From Octopus vulgaris (lineage: Eukaryota): a DNA stretch of 64,000 bases. Under the pieces are notes generated by a model, which was given only the letters and a program-made list of their open reading frames with translations, was not told where the DNA came from and made no database searches. The stretch lies in NCBI GenBank assembly GCA_951406725.2, contig OX597818.1, forward strand, positions 74,772,001 through 74,836,000. Reading direction: 5' to 3'. The position numbers and the translations under genes are program-made. This document shows positions 1 through 11,470 of this stretch, one piece after another (position 1 is the first letter of the stretch; each line of letters starts with the position of its first letter).

Positions 1-190
1 ATTGTTTATTATATGAAGTGTTGACTATTTTTGGTTTAGTTTCCGATTTAGAATTCTTATAAAGTGTTTTTCTGTTGCCTTTCATAATTTATCATTTTCA
101 TCCTTTACTTTGTAAAATGGAAATATTTTGAATTTTCAATTTACACAAATATCTAATGTTCACAAGTATCTAAATTTTCCTGCCTCACCA

Positions 191-241
<51 letters not shown>

Positions 242-319
242 TAAGAAAGTTGGTTTGTGAAAGCACGTGGGTGAATATATAAAAAATAGTAAAGAGTGAA
301 AAAACGACAGAAGGCTTAA

Positions 320-1036
320 GAGGATGGGATCAGACGTGCAACAGAAATCAACATAGAAACTTTAAGAAAAGTTCAACACAACAACACACCTTCCCCGAAA
401 ATACTACCTTACATATCTACATACAACCCCAGAAACAAAGAAGCCTTCACCATCATCACCCAGAATTTACCAATACTTCATAAAAACCCCAAATTAAAGG
501 AAATTCTAAACATACACCAAATCATTAAAAGCTACAAACAGCCTAAATCACTTAAAAAGATTCTCACAAAGGCAAAATTGTCTTCTGAAATTACGGATGC
601 AAAAGTAAAAAAATGTGGTAGATCGAACTGTGCAACATGTCCTAACCTGCTAGAAGGATCAGAATTCCTCTTTAAAGAGGGACAGAAATTCAAGATCAAA
701 TCTAACTTTACTTGTGCCTCTGAAAACATAATTTATGTCATAAAATGCTCGGGCTGCCACCAAGACTACGTGGGTTCCACGGGACTATCACTCAGACGTA
801 GATGCACACTGCATCGACAACAGATTGCATTCCCAGAATATAGAATGATACCTTTTAGTGAGCACATTGAGAAATGCGCAAAGCAACTACAACCACAATT
901 TTTAATCTTTCCATTCTACCAATGTGCTTTAGGATCATCAACACAAATTAGACTAAACAAGGAAACATTCTTCATTGAAAAGTACAAGCCCAGACTCAAC
1001 CATCCGAACATACTGATACAGAGAAATTCACATTAA
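320..1036 (+). CDS. 5'-truncated Penelope-like element ORF (RT thumb/linker, Cys-rich linker, GIY-YIG endonuclease)
   Basis: Open frame from 320 (in frame with ORF 578..1036): LPYISTYNP, YKQPKSLKKIL, KCGRSNCATC, NIIYVIKCSGCHQDYVGSTG (GIY-YIG), LRRR..HR, E.FFIEKYKPRLN. Confidence 0.9.
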   Translation, partial: EDGIRRATEINIETLRKVQHNNTPSPKILPYISTYNPRNKEAFTIITQNLPILHKNPKLKEILNIHQIIKSYKQPKSLKKILTKAKLSSEITDAKVKKCGRSNCATCPNLLEGSEFLFKEGQKFKIKSNFTCASENIIYVIKCSGCHQDYVGSTGLSLRRRCTLHRQQIAFPEYRMIPFSEHIEKCAKQLQPQFLIFPFYQCALGSSTQIRLNKETFFIEKYKPRLNHPNILIQRNSH

Positions 1037-1167
1037 GGGAAAGGAAAAAAAAATTTAAGCGATTATCTCCCTTACACCGGAAGAAATCACCCACTACCTT
1101 CCCTTATTTAGAACTCTCCGGAGCTTAAACACAAGGATAACTCTATTAAACATAAACATAACGTCAC

Positions 1168-1206
1168 AAGAAATTTGAAAAGCTAAATGCGAAACCGGTC
1201 TTTCTT
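1168..1206 (+). ncRNA. Minimal type I hammerhead ribozyme, U3-A8 core variant
   Basis: aagaaa(t)-TTGAAAA-gc[taaat]gc-GAAA-ccgg-TC-tttctt. Stem I aagaaa/tttctt with one extra U, palindromic stem III, GUC triplet; lies in the PLE 3' tail where HHRs are expected. Confidence 0.65.
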
Positions 1207-1332
1207 TAAAAATTATGTCATTATAAAGGGAAAAAAAATTTGTTTAAAATTTTTTTAATATTCTTCAGACATATTGACGCAAATATATATATTTTTTAAC
1301 ATTTAAGCCTTCTGTCGTTTTTTCACTCTTTA

Positions 1333-1365
<33 letters not shown>

Positions 1366-1449
1366 CGTTTAAATATCACTGAAGCAAAATAACACCAAAT
1401 ATATAGTGCGTGTGTTTTTATTGGCTAAACTGGCAATATGACCATTCCG

Positions 1450-1488
<39 letters not shown>

Positions 1489-1489
<1 letters not shown>

Positions 1490-1643
1490 GGCAAACTTCT
1501 TTTAGCTTCTGTGTCCCAAATCCACTCTCAATGTTTTGGTCAGCCTCAGGCTGTAGTAGAAGACAGTTAGCCAAGTTGCCATGTAGTGGGACTGAACTTG
1601 TAAACATGTGGTCGCGAAGTACACTGCTTACAACCTAACCACG
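1489..1643 (-). mobile_element. tRNA-derived SINE 5' fragment (same family as 37884..38043)
   Basis: Reverse complement aligns by eye to the tRNA-like head and CORE-like 'cttggcta/cttgggca' segment of the 37884 copy. Confidence 0.7.
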
Positions 1644-1847
1644 CTTTGTCCCCCAGTACCGCTTCACAAAGGTGTTAATTACTTATACTATTCGACAAAA
1701 TTGAATAGCATAAGTACCAGAATTAAAAATAAATATTGGAGTCAATCAATTCGACTAAAACATGATGCTAGATAGATAGATGCAAAAAATATATAATTTT
1801 CACAGCTACATTTATGTATGTATGTATATATATGTATATATACATAC

Positions 1848-1878
<31 letters not shown>

Positions 1879-2110
1879 CTAACAATATAGGATGAAGTCC
1901 CTTTCTCTACAGAAAAGGAATCCACCAGGAAGCGTGGGCAGTATATTTTAAAAAACCGTTACGGTTTAAGTATAAACATCATATAATTAAGGGCTAAAGA
2001 GGGTTATTCTAAAGCCAATACACTGATTTATCCACTTATAATCCGCTTGCTACAGCAGAATTGAAACTGAAAACGGGCAACTAACCTTTAGAAAATTTAA
2101 ATTTCGTTAT

Positions 2111-2171
2111 CTCTATATTGAATCAATTTCGAATTAATCTTATAAAAAGATATATTCTTTCTTCAGTAGAG
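2111..2171 (-). ncRNA. Type I hammerhead ribozyme
   Basis: Reverse complement: ctcta-CTGAAGA-aagaatatatctt..aagattaattc-GAAA-ttga t tcaa-TA-tagag; perfect 5-bp stem I, AUA triplet. Confidence 0.85.
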
Positions 2172-2515
2172 CTTTCGATGGGATATAAATAAAATACTCA
2201 CGTATGATCATGGAAAAAGCACAAGCTAAAAACATAGCTACACTTGAGTACATCACTTATACCTAAAAATAAAAATTATTTGGTCAGCCTCAGAAACAAC
2301 GTCTTGACCTTTCGCCGCTACAAATTGTAATGGTTACCGGTCCTCCCGTAGCAAGCAGCGAGTTTACTACTAACAATATAGGATGAAGTCCCTTTCTCTA
2401 CAGAAAAGGAATCCATCAGGAAGCGTGGGCAGTATATTTAAAAAAACCGTTACGGTTGAAGTATAAACATCATATAATTAAGGGCTAAAGAGGGTTATTT
2501 ATATCCCATCGAAAG

Positions 2516-2577
2516 CTCTACTGAAGAAAGAATATATCTTTTTATAAGATTAATTCCGAAATTGATTCAATATAGAG
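2516..2577 (+). ncRNA. Type I hammerhead ribozyme (inverted copy of 2111..2171)
   Basis: ctcta 2516-20; CTGAAGA 2521-27; GAAA 2558-61; ttgattcaa; TA 2571-72; tagag 2573-77. Confidence 0.85.
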
Positions 2578-2695
2578 ATAACGAAATTAAAATTTTCTAA
2601 AGGTTAGTTGCCCGTTTTCAGTCTCAATTCTCCTGTAGCAAGCGGATTATAAGTGGATAAATCAGTGTATTGGCTTTAGAATAACCCTCTTTAGC

Positions 2696-2754
<59 letters not shown>

Positions 2755-3221
2755 AGCACCACACACATATATATATTCATGACTGCATATGTATGTATGT
2801 ATGTATGTATGTATATATATATGTGTGTGTCTGTGTGTGTGTGTTGTATAAATTATCGTTTGTAACGCCAGAACAATGCGAAGTAAATGCAAATATATGA
2901 ATTAATGTAGACTTATCTCGCATTCAGTATGTCGGGGCTATCACCTCATCCTCAGGAAATTAAGGTATGTGCGTGTTTGTGAGTGTATGTGGAGTAGGCA
3001 TGCGCGGAAAGCTACTGTTATAGCAACCTACTAGTTTCCTGTGACTCTTCTTTGTTGTTGTTAGTTGGTTTACTTTGATGTAGATGGATGAACTCGTAGT
3101 GTCTAAGGTTGCCCCTGCTGCGCCGTGTTGCCCTGGTGTCTGTTGTATTTAACTTGTTTATTTACATATTTCATGTTATATGCACCATTGGTGACGTTCT
3201 GTACCCATATATCCATGTATC

Positions 3222-3272
<51 letters not shown>

Positions 3273-3383
3273 CACACATCAAATATAGGATAAAAGTTTT
3301 CGAAAAAAATTCTATCAATGGCCAGCATATTAAAAATTTCCTTTAAAGGTTAAATTTATAAACAAGGGCAAAAAATTTTTCTA

Positions 3384-3750
3384 ATGCCAAATATGCCGAA
3401 AATAGACACATCGTCAATAACCATATACTTCATCACTATAAGGACGCGTCTCGAAGAAAGCCGACAGAAATTACTAAGAAATTCTGTTATTATCGTATCG
3501 GACCCGATTTCAGAGTTAATTCATAAGAACCTTCTCTTCTTCAGCGATAAATGCAGCAAAGAAATAAATGAAATACTTATACCCATGGAAGAAGCAAACA
3601 CTAAGTCATGAGCACAATTAAGTACCCCAAATATATCCAAAATCGAAATTCTCCAGCACACCGCGAGACACGGGTGATCGGACTGAAAACTCTCATAGAG
3701 TGAGAGAGTCCGGAAATGAACACTATTAAATTTACATCTAACATAGGAAA
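3384..3750 (+). pseudogene. Possible degenerate PLE N-terminal region
   Basis: 'FFSDKCSKE..ILIP' loosely resembles the H..FL..C....IPKG N-terminal motif of PLE ORFs; interrupted by stops. Confidence 0.3.
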
Positions 3751-3754
3751 AAAT

Positions 3755-4476
3755 GTTTAATAGTTGGAAGAAGACAGTCTGGGACAAATGCTTCTTTTGG
3801 TTGTCTCCACACATATAGTCGGCCGGTGGTTGGAAATAAAGTAAAGGATGACTCGTCCGAGAAAATAACATTCTTCCACTGCTCTAGTGACCGATTCTGT
3901 ATGTTTTTACTCCACTCTAAACGCTTTACAACCTTTATTTTTGAAAGTAGTGTTTTTTTCTGATTGCAGTCCTCTCGTGATAACTGGCTTTGTGCAGCTC
4001 CCGGCGAACAAGTCTTGGGAAAACTGGGTTCTCGAGTTGTTCATTAAGCTCTGTATCCTTGTGTTACTTTCTAACAATTCGCGTAAGAGTCCGACGGTCT
4101 CTAACTGAAAATTTTGATTTTCTTCCGGAGTTTTGTTTCGACGAGGAGGTTTTTCTCTCTTTCTCAAAGGTTGTCATTACTTTCGAGACAGTACTTCTTG
4201 ATACATCAAACATTTCGGCTGTTTCCGTTACGCTAGCGCCTACCATAGGAGCACCAACAATTTGGCCTCTTTGAAAGTCGATCTGTAATTTTAATAAATT
4301 TTAAATACCTTTTTCTGATGGTATCTGAAAAGAAAGAGCAATTTTAGCAAAACATATTAAGCAACGCTAATAATAAATGAAAATACATAAAAATAAACAA
4401 AATTTTGACGGTTTTATATAGATATTTCAAAATTATGATGCTATGATGCTAGGTGTTTCCATTATTTTGTCTAATC

Positions 4477-4480
<4 letters not shown>
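3755..4480 (-). mobile_element. Tc1-family transposon, 5' half (TIR and paired/HTH domain)
   Basis: FQRGQIVGA..GASVTETAEMFDVSRSTVSKV..GRKSKFS.RDRR; TIR cagagattagacaaaataatggaaacacc next to TA; overlaps in sequence with the 63239 copy. Confidence 0.88.
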
Positions 4481-4543
<63 letters not shown>

Positions 4544-4935
4544 ATGTATGTATGTATGTATGTATGTATGTATATATACACACTTTCAAATATGCATGTA
4601 TATATAGATATAGCAATCTCGATTCTATAAGTAGATTTATGGCGATAGGAGGTAATGTGTTGTAGGAGGAACTGGGCTGAGAATGGGATGAACTTAAGCA
4701 CAACAGACAAAGTGCAACAAGATAAGGTCAATCAATCATAAAGAACCGGAAAAAGGATATTGAAGTATATAAGAGTACACTGGTATAAATGTAAATAATT
4801 GATAAATTCAGGAAATATATCTACTGAAATCTCTGGCATAGTAAGACATATTAATAAAACAACAGATCTCAGCTTCTTTAATATGTACGGCTAGGGTTTC
4901 GTGTATGTTTATCTATCTATTTCTCTCTCTCTCTG

Positions 4936-5017
<82 letters not shown>

Positions 5018-5050
5018 TGTATATATATAGACATATATATATATATATAT

Positions 5051-5143
<93 letters not shown>

Positions 5144-5205
5144 ATCCAAGAATTGAGGTATTGAATCTTCCATGCGTTAACATGTACCTCCGTGGAAACT
5201 TTCAT

Positions 5206-5317
5206 TAGATCGAGATAACCTTCGCCTGAAGAGTAGCCTGCGTTATACAGTACGCTTGGATATCTACCAGCTCCGACGTTCCGTTTGCTATGAAACATGT
5301 AGACCGAATCTTGTCTA
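5206..5317 (+). ncRNA. Type I hammerhead ribozyme with long stem II insert, in a short element between (TA)n tracts (5141..5331)
   Basis: CTGAAGA 5226-32; gtagc/gctat stem II base; GAAA 5292-95; catg palindrome; TA 5300-01; extended stem I taga-cgaga-ttcg / cgaa-tcttg-tcta. Confidence 0.8.
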
Positions 5318-5329
5318 CTCCTTAACTCT

Positions 5330-5408
<79 letters not shown>

Positions 5409-5582
5409 TATATATAGTATATATATATACATGCTTTAAATCGTTCATGGGAAACGTTTTGAATATGCATATGAAAGCTCCTAGTCTAACATACCGGCTA
5501 CAGCCTAACGATGACAACTGGCGATACCAGTTTTCTGGGATCATACCGAGCTGTGTCGATATAATGTAGAAGAAATAGAGTC

Positions 5583-5866
5583 ATAATAATAATACACCTT
5601 GGATAAAATTTATTTGTTTTAATGCATCGCTACGTGCGTTTCTACAGATCACGCAATACTTAAGATCATAGACCGCAATCATGACATAATCAGAGAGCAG
5701 TCCGTAGTGTCCATGGACATTGGGTATGCATGAACTGCACTGTAATCATGTAATAATCCCTGGATTACGGACCATGATCTTAAGAAATATTTGATTAGTG
5801 GAAACGCGTATAGTGATACGTTAAAATATATATTTATTCCATTCAAAGTTTACTACTATTATAACT
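5583..5866. repeat. Diverged inverted repeat carrying decayed hammerhead halves
   Basis: About 5583..5680 versus 5763..5866 are reverse-complement similar; GAAAcgcgTA on +, and CTGATTA...GAAAcgcacgTA on -. Confidence 0.6.
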
Positions 5867-6070
5867 ACACACTCACACACACATATGTATATATCTATCA
5901 ATCTATCTGTCTATCTATCATCTGCCCGCCTCTCTCTCTTTTTCTCTCTCTCCGTTTCTCTCTCTCTCTCTCTCAAAATCTCACTCTCCCTATTCTTATA
6001 TGTGATATATATATATATGGACATACAAACGTGTATTTATACATATACATATGTTGCATATATACATATA

Positions 6071-6850
6071 CATGGTGCGATGGAGAAATTGCCACGATCG
6101 TATACTTTTAGTTTCGCGCATGCGGTTTTTTTATCTTGTCGAATACACAACACAGTATAGGAGGGTCAGATGGACACTGCCAAGGAGAAAAGCAGCACCA
6201 TAATACAATTCACTCAGCCAGAAATTTGGAAACAACATGCTGTACTGCTTGGCATTCGCACCGGAAGATCCAAGAAGAATATTTCAGAGTGTTTTGTGTG
6301 TCAATCTGAGGATAATGCAGTCTGACAATATGTTCCGAGAATGATAAAAATCAAACATACAGTCAACATCATGGTGTTCGGAGTGATCACTAGCGATGGC
6401 GACGTTATGCCCCCGTTCATGTTTCCACACGGCCTCAGTCTCCACATGGTGCTGTGGGAGGTAGTGCTGCCCTGGGTCAAGACTGCTGGAAGACCATGTC
6501 TGGCAACCGAACTCCGCACCATGACACACAGGCAGGAACACTTAGTCATGGCCACCTAACTCTCCGGACTGTCACCTTCTTGACTATTATGTATGGGGCG
6601 CAGTTGGGTGAGAGACCAATAACACTTAGATTATGGCACGATTCGCCAACTTAAACAAGGAGATCATCCAGACGAGTAACATGAGATTCCGAAGTCGTCT
6701 TGAGTCAGTGGTTGAAGCAAATGGTGATATAATTGAATAAATTTACAAGATATTTTTATGTAATTTTGGAAAATATATCTGTTAAAATGAGATGTCAGTG
6801 GTATTTTCATTTTCGCGTAATATAGACGACAATTCATTCACCACACCCTG
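6071..6850 (+). mobile_element. Internally deleted Tc1/mariner-superfamily (maT/DD37D-like) transposon
   Basis: IMVFGVITSDGDVMPPF, VVLPWVK, WPPNSPDC...DYYVWG; TA-flanked ca(t/g)ggtg.. / ..caccctg termini. Confidence 0.8.
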
Positions 6851-6862
6851 TATGCGTGCATA

Positions 6863-7173
6863 TATCACCGTCACTGTGACCGACCAGGCTATCAGATGTT
6901 GCCACACATCGCTGGTCACAATGCGCTTCGCATTGTTTTAGCCTTCAAATGACGCCACCCCGCTGGCTAAGAGGGCAGGCCAACAGAAGAAAGAGTGAGA
7001 GAAAGTTGTGGCGAAAGAGTACAGCAAGGATCGCAACCACTCCTTGCCGGAGCCTCGTGGAGCTTTAGGTGTTTTCGCTCAATAAACATTCACAACGCCC
7101 GGTCTGGGAATCGAAACCACGATCCTACGACCGCGAGTTCGCTGCCCTAACCACTGGGCCATTGCGCCTCCAC
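6863..7173 (-). mobile_element. tRNA-derived SINE, apparently full length
   Basis: Head gtggaggcgcaa-TGGCCCAGTGG (A box)...GGTTTCGATTCC (B box); its 3' tail recurs at about 36017..36108. Confidence 0.85.
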
Positions 7174-7247
7174 ATGTGTGGAGATATATATATATATATA
7201 GATAGATAGATAGATAGATACATACATACATACATACATACATAGAC

Positions 7248-7296
<49 letters not shown>

Positions 7297-7297
7297 T

Positions 7298-7346
<49 letters not shown>

Positions 7347-7462
7347 CAGACAGCTAACTAGATAGATACGGATGGAATGCCTGCTTTAGAGTTGCCATCA
7401 AAATTCGCTGCGTATAAAAGAGTCAGAAAAAATTGTCTATTTGTATGTGCATGTGCGTATGT

Positions 7463-7557
<95 letters not shown>

Positions 7558-8129
7558 GAGACAAGCAGACAGACACGACCGCTCACACTTACACATATAA
7601 AAGTTTATCTTTTCTACGTTTCACTTATGGGAGTGTGGCAAGATGGAACAACGACATAGGTTTCAATCGAAATTATCATCCCAGTACTTACTTCTAAGTT
7701 TTTATAATATTGTCCTTTGTTACCTGCACTCTACTGAAACTGTAACGTTTCACCTCTGTCCCCGATGCAATAGTGACATATTACTATCATTACACTTACT
7801 TTTATTTTATTTCTATTCTTATGTTTACTCATTTAACCCTATCTGATTTTTATTCTCCCATTTCTTCCCTCTCTCTTTATCTCTTTCTCGCTCCTCTCTC
7901 ACCCATATACACTCACTCACACAACCCATGTATGATATCTCTATCATTACGCTTACTTTTATTTTATATTTTACTTATTTTTTTACCCATTTTTACCTTT
8001 TTACCCCTATCTTATTTTATTACTTCCTTCTCCCTCTCTCTCCTCTCTCAGTTTCTCGCCCCTCTCCCATATATAACCACACACAAGACCCATTTCTACT
8101 ATCTTACTACTTCGCTCTATATGCACGTT

Positions 8130-8446
8130 TACAATATTAATAAATTACTCAAAATACAGCCACAGTACCACCTGGATTTAAACTAAGGAAGTTCGTTGAA
8201 GTACCGACCAACATCCATATCCTCTGGAAATCAATGATTTGTGAACATTATTCTAACTACCTTTACTCTTTATTCTTCTATTTACACCATTATTCTTCTA
8301 TTCTATTCATTATAAACTGTAGATTTTATTCCTTGTAAACTGTAAATAATCACTATTTAAAATATCCATACCCTGTGTCTGATGACGGAATGGCCGGTGC
8401 TTGGACGCACTAACCTATCACTTGGGTTATCCCAGAAACGACTGTA
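8130..8446 (+). mobile_element. PLE extreme 3' end and tail
   Basis: One frame ends NTATVPPGLN* (typical GIY-YIG PLE C-terminus T..P.GLN) at 8186, followed by an HHR motif. Confidence 0.5.
8372..8446 (+). ncRNA. Hammerhead ribozyme motif with the 3' strand of stem I disrupted
   Basis: CTGATGA 8379-85; stem II gga-atggcc/ggttatcc with internal hairpin ggtgc/gcact; GAAA 8435-38; cgactg (near-palindrome); TA 8445-46; then a TA-rich tract. Confidence 0.6.
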
Positions 8447-8476
8447 AGTATACATATATATATATGACTGAAGATT

Positions 8477-8713
8477 GAAGGCTTCGAATGTCCCGTCCGT
8501 CTTTTTTGTATTTTGTATCGTCTTCTAAATGTTTTACGTTCTTGTCCCAGTTTGTATTTTTCTACATATAGTATATATAGCGCCATCCGTACCCTCTTTG
8601 GCCTTATGTAAGTACATATTCCTTTAAATTTGGTACGACTCTATAACACTGTCTCTCTCTCTCCTATATTTCTCTGCCTTTCACACTTTGCACTCTATTT
8701 TGATCTGTCTCTT

Positions 8714-8774
<61 letters not shown>

Positions 8775-9258
8775 CTTTGATTCCTTTGCCCCCTTTTTTT
8801 TCTCTCCCTTCTCCTTTCACGTGACCGCTGGTCAACCAGCCTTTCAGCTTCTAACCAGCGCCATGAGAGGATCGTTGTCTTCGTCTGCCGAAAAAGGCAT
8901 TTTTTCCAAATACGCCAGCTAAACTAATTTGTACTGTCTATTAGTCGTAAGACATCCGCTGTTGTTGTCCTGTTTTTACTATTATTTTTTGGTATTTTAT
9001 ATTCGTGTGGCATCGTCTGTTTTTCTGTCCCTGTTTCGTATACATTCGATCCTTCTTCCAAGAAATCTAATGCTCGTAGCTTAGTTTTTCCTTGGGGCTG
9101 GCCGGATCGGAGCGATCTCAAAATTAATCAGCCGAAATTGCTAGGATTATCCGGTTCTTGACTGAATTTTTGAAGGCTTCGAATGTCCCGTCCGTGTTTT
9201 TTGTATCGTCTTCTAAATGTTTCACGTTCTTGTCCCAGTTTGTATTTTTCTACATATA
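8477..9258 (+). repeat. Element bounded by a ~90-bp direct repeat (8477..8570 and 9171..9258) with a CT-rich/CACGTG head
   Basis: tgaaggcttcgaatgtcccgtccg...tttttctacatata occurs twice; each copy ends in TA-rich sequence. Confidence 0.7.
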
Positions 9259-9261
9259 ATA

Positions 9262-9320
<59 letters not shown>

Positions 9321-9338
9321 TCGCACACACACTCAGAT

Positions 9339-9460
9339 ATAGGGAGCTGTGAATGAACTGTCGTCTAAGTTACGCAGTGAAAATATCACTGACATCTCCT
9401 TTTAACAGATATATTTACCAAAATTTCATGAAAATATCTTGAAATACTAGAATAAATTTA
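9339..9460 (-). mobile_element. Terminal fragment of the maT-like transposon family
   Basis: Reverse complement matches the 3' end of the 6071..6850 and 42716..43558 copies. Confidence 0.7.
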
Positions 9461-9464
9461 GACT

Positions 9465-9604
9465 AGCGAGGTGGAGGATAGTCGATAACGTTGACCCATG
9501 TCCTCAACTGGTACTTATTTTATCGACTCCAAAAGACGTTGAGGCAGACGAAATGACGCTCAGCATTTCATCTGGTGCACTAAGGATTCTTCGAACGTAC
9601 TGCC

Positions 9605-9605
<1 letters not shown>
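9465..9605 (-). mobile_element. Degenerate SINE (family of 18363..18548)
   Basis: Conserved central 'ctggtacttattttatcgac' segment. Confidence 0.6.
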
Positions 9606-9690
<85 letters not shown>

Positions 9691-9788
9691 CTCTCATGGC
9701 GCTGGTTAGAAGCTGAAAGACTGGTTGACCAGCGGTCACGTGAGAGGAGAAGGGAGAGAAAAAAAAGGGGGCAAAGGAATCAAAGAAG

Positions 9789-9820
<32 letters not shown>
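9691..9820 (-). repeat. Inverted copy of about 8732..8869
   Basis: Reverse-complement identity with about 2 substitutions in the non-microsatellite part. Confidence 0.85.
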
Positions 9821-9825
9821 TTTTT

Positions 9826-10592
9826 AATTGAGGGAAACAGAGGGATTTTTAATTGCAGCACAAGACCAAAGCCTCCCCACCAGAAATTACCAAAAACATG
9901 TAATGAAAAGAAATATTACAAGTAACTGCAGAGTATGTGGAGATGGACAAGAAACAATAAATCATATTATCTCTAGCTGCCCAGTCCTGGCTAAGAAGGA
10001 ATATATTCACAGACATGACAGAGTTGGAACCTACATACATTGGAAGCTATGCCAACATTATGGAATAACAACAGAAAAAAGATGGTATAGGCACACACCA
10101 GAAAAGGTCACAGAAAACGAGAAAGCAACCATACTCTGGGATATGCCGATACACACAGATAGAGAAATTAAGGCCAACAGACCAGATATAGTTGTCAGAG
10201 ATCATGAAGAAAAAAATGCTTTCTAATTGATGTATCAATACCGGCAGATGACAACGTGTCTCTAAAAGAAATGGAGAAACTCTCAAAATACAAAGACCTG
10301 GAAATAGAGGTAACTAGAATGTGGAACCTGAAAACAGAAACAATTCCTATCATAGTAGGTGCATTAGGCATGATAAAAAAATATTCAGACAAATACATAA
10401 CAAAAACACCAGGACTTACAAACACATATAACATACAGAAAATTGCACTACTAGGCACTGCACACATCCTACGCAGAACACTTTCCATACAATAACCATC
10501 AGAGCATCACAACAAATCACAGCACATACCCAAGGCACACAGAGCTGCGCTCGGTAGTGAAGTGAAGGCACGCTATAAAAATAAAACTACTG
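9826..10592 (+). mobile_element. R4/Dong-clade non-LTR retrotransposon 3' end (CCHC knuckle and restriction-like endonuclease), one frameshift
   Basis: ETEGFLIAAQDQ, CRVC...ETINHIISSC, RHD.V, NRPDIVV, IDVSIP, EKLSKYKDL, PIIVGALG, QKIALLGTAHILR; frameshift at the poly-A near 10210; 3' end runs into (TAA)/(TAG)n. Confidence 0.92.
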
Positions 10593-10731
<139 letters not shown>

Positions 10732-11470
10732 ATTTCTTTATTAGCCACCAGGACCGAACAAAAAACAAAGAACGATACACAGACGAGGGACAGTGAGGTT
10801 AAATGTGTAAACAGCCAACAAAAACGATTAAACGATTAAAAGAGTCAACAATATGCTTCCCTAACAAAGAGGGATTCCACCGTAAGATGACCAAAGAGAC
10901 TTCACGCACTTTGGACCCTTTAACACCAACGGCTCCTCAGGAAGGCACCCTCTCCTCCTTCATTCATCCAGCCTACAAGCGCACACTTAGACTAGGCCCA
11001 TTCACGTGGGTCATTCTTGCCACATTTACCCACCTTTCAACGAACTTAGTGGGAAACAGTACTTCCCTCTCCAGCTTCACTTTCTATTTCAGGTGGAACT
11101 TGAAAAAGTCAATGAGGCCTTGTCCAAAGAGGACGGTACCCGTCTTCGACCTTTTCAATCGCGTCCACCGCACAACCTGTTTTGCCATAGCCGCCAGACA
11201 GAGAAAAATTGCCGTCCCTTACCAGCCAAAGGAAGAAGGCGGGGCAACATTCACAATGGACTCGGACGATGGCCGAATCCGTCCTGCACGTGACAATACT
11301 GTTGGACAAAGCTCCACAAGTCTGAAATGCGCAGACACTGTACGAGAGCATTCAGAGCGGTTTCATCGCTCTGCGTGCATCTCGGACATGCCCAACTGAC
11401 TAAACATTCGCGCTTGTAGAGCATATCTCTTAGCTATGCTAGTTCCAACTTGTCGACGCTCCTCTCGATA
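10732..11470 (-). mobile_element. Tx1/L1-group LINE 3' fragment (zf-RVT)
   Basis: Minus strand CPRCTQSDETALNALVQC..ISDLW; terminus gtggctaataaagaaa shared with the 48164 copy. Confidence 0.8.

Larger units (their letters stand above)
284..1338 (+). mobile_element. Penelope-like element 3' part with a 36-bp inverted copy of its 3' tail at the 5' junction
   Basis: 284..319 is the exact reverse complement of 1303..1338; the 3' end abuts (TA)n. Confidence 0.85.
1877..2697 (-). mobile_element. ORF-less HHR element (retrozyme-like or non-autonomous PLE): 491-nt unit plus partial tandem copy plus inverted arm
   Basis: 1877..2008 is repeated at 2368..2499 (period 491); 2495..2697 is the reverse complement of 1991..2192; (TA)n on both sides. 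Confidence 0.8.

Noticed and set aside
7090-7173. tRNA gene
   Set aside because: It is the tRNA-like head of a SINE with no complete cloverleaf.
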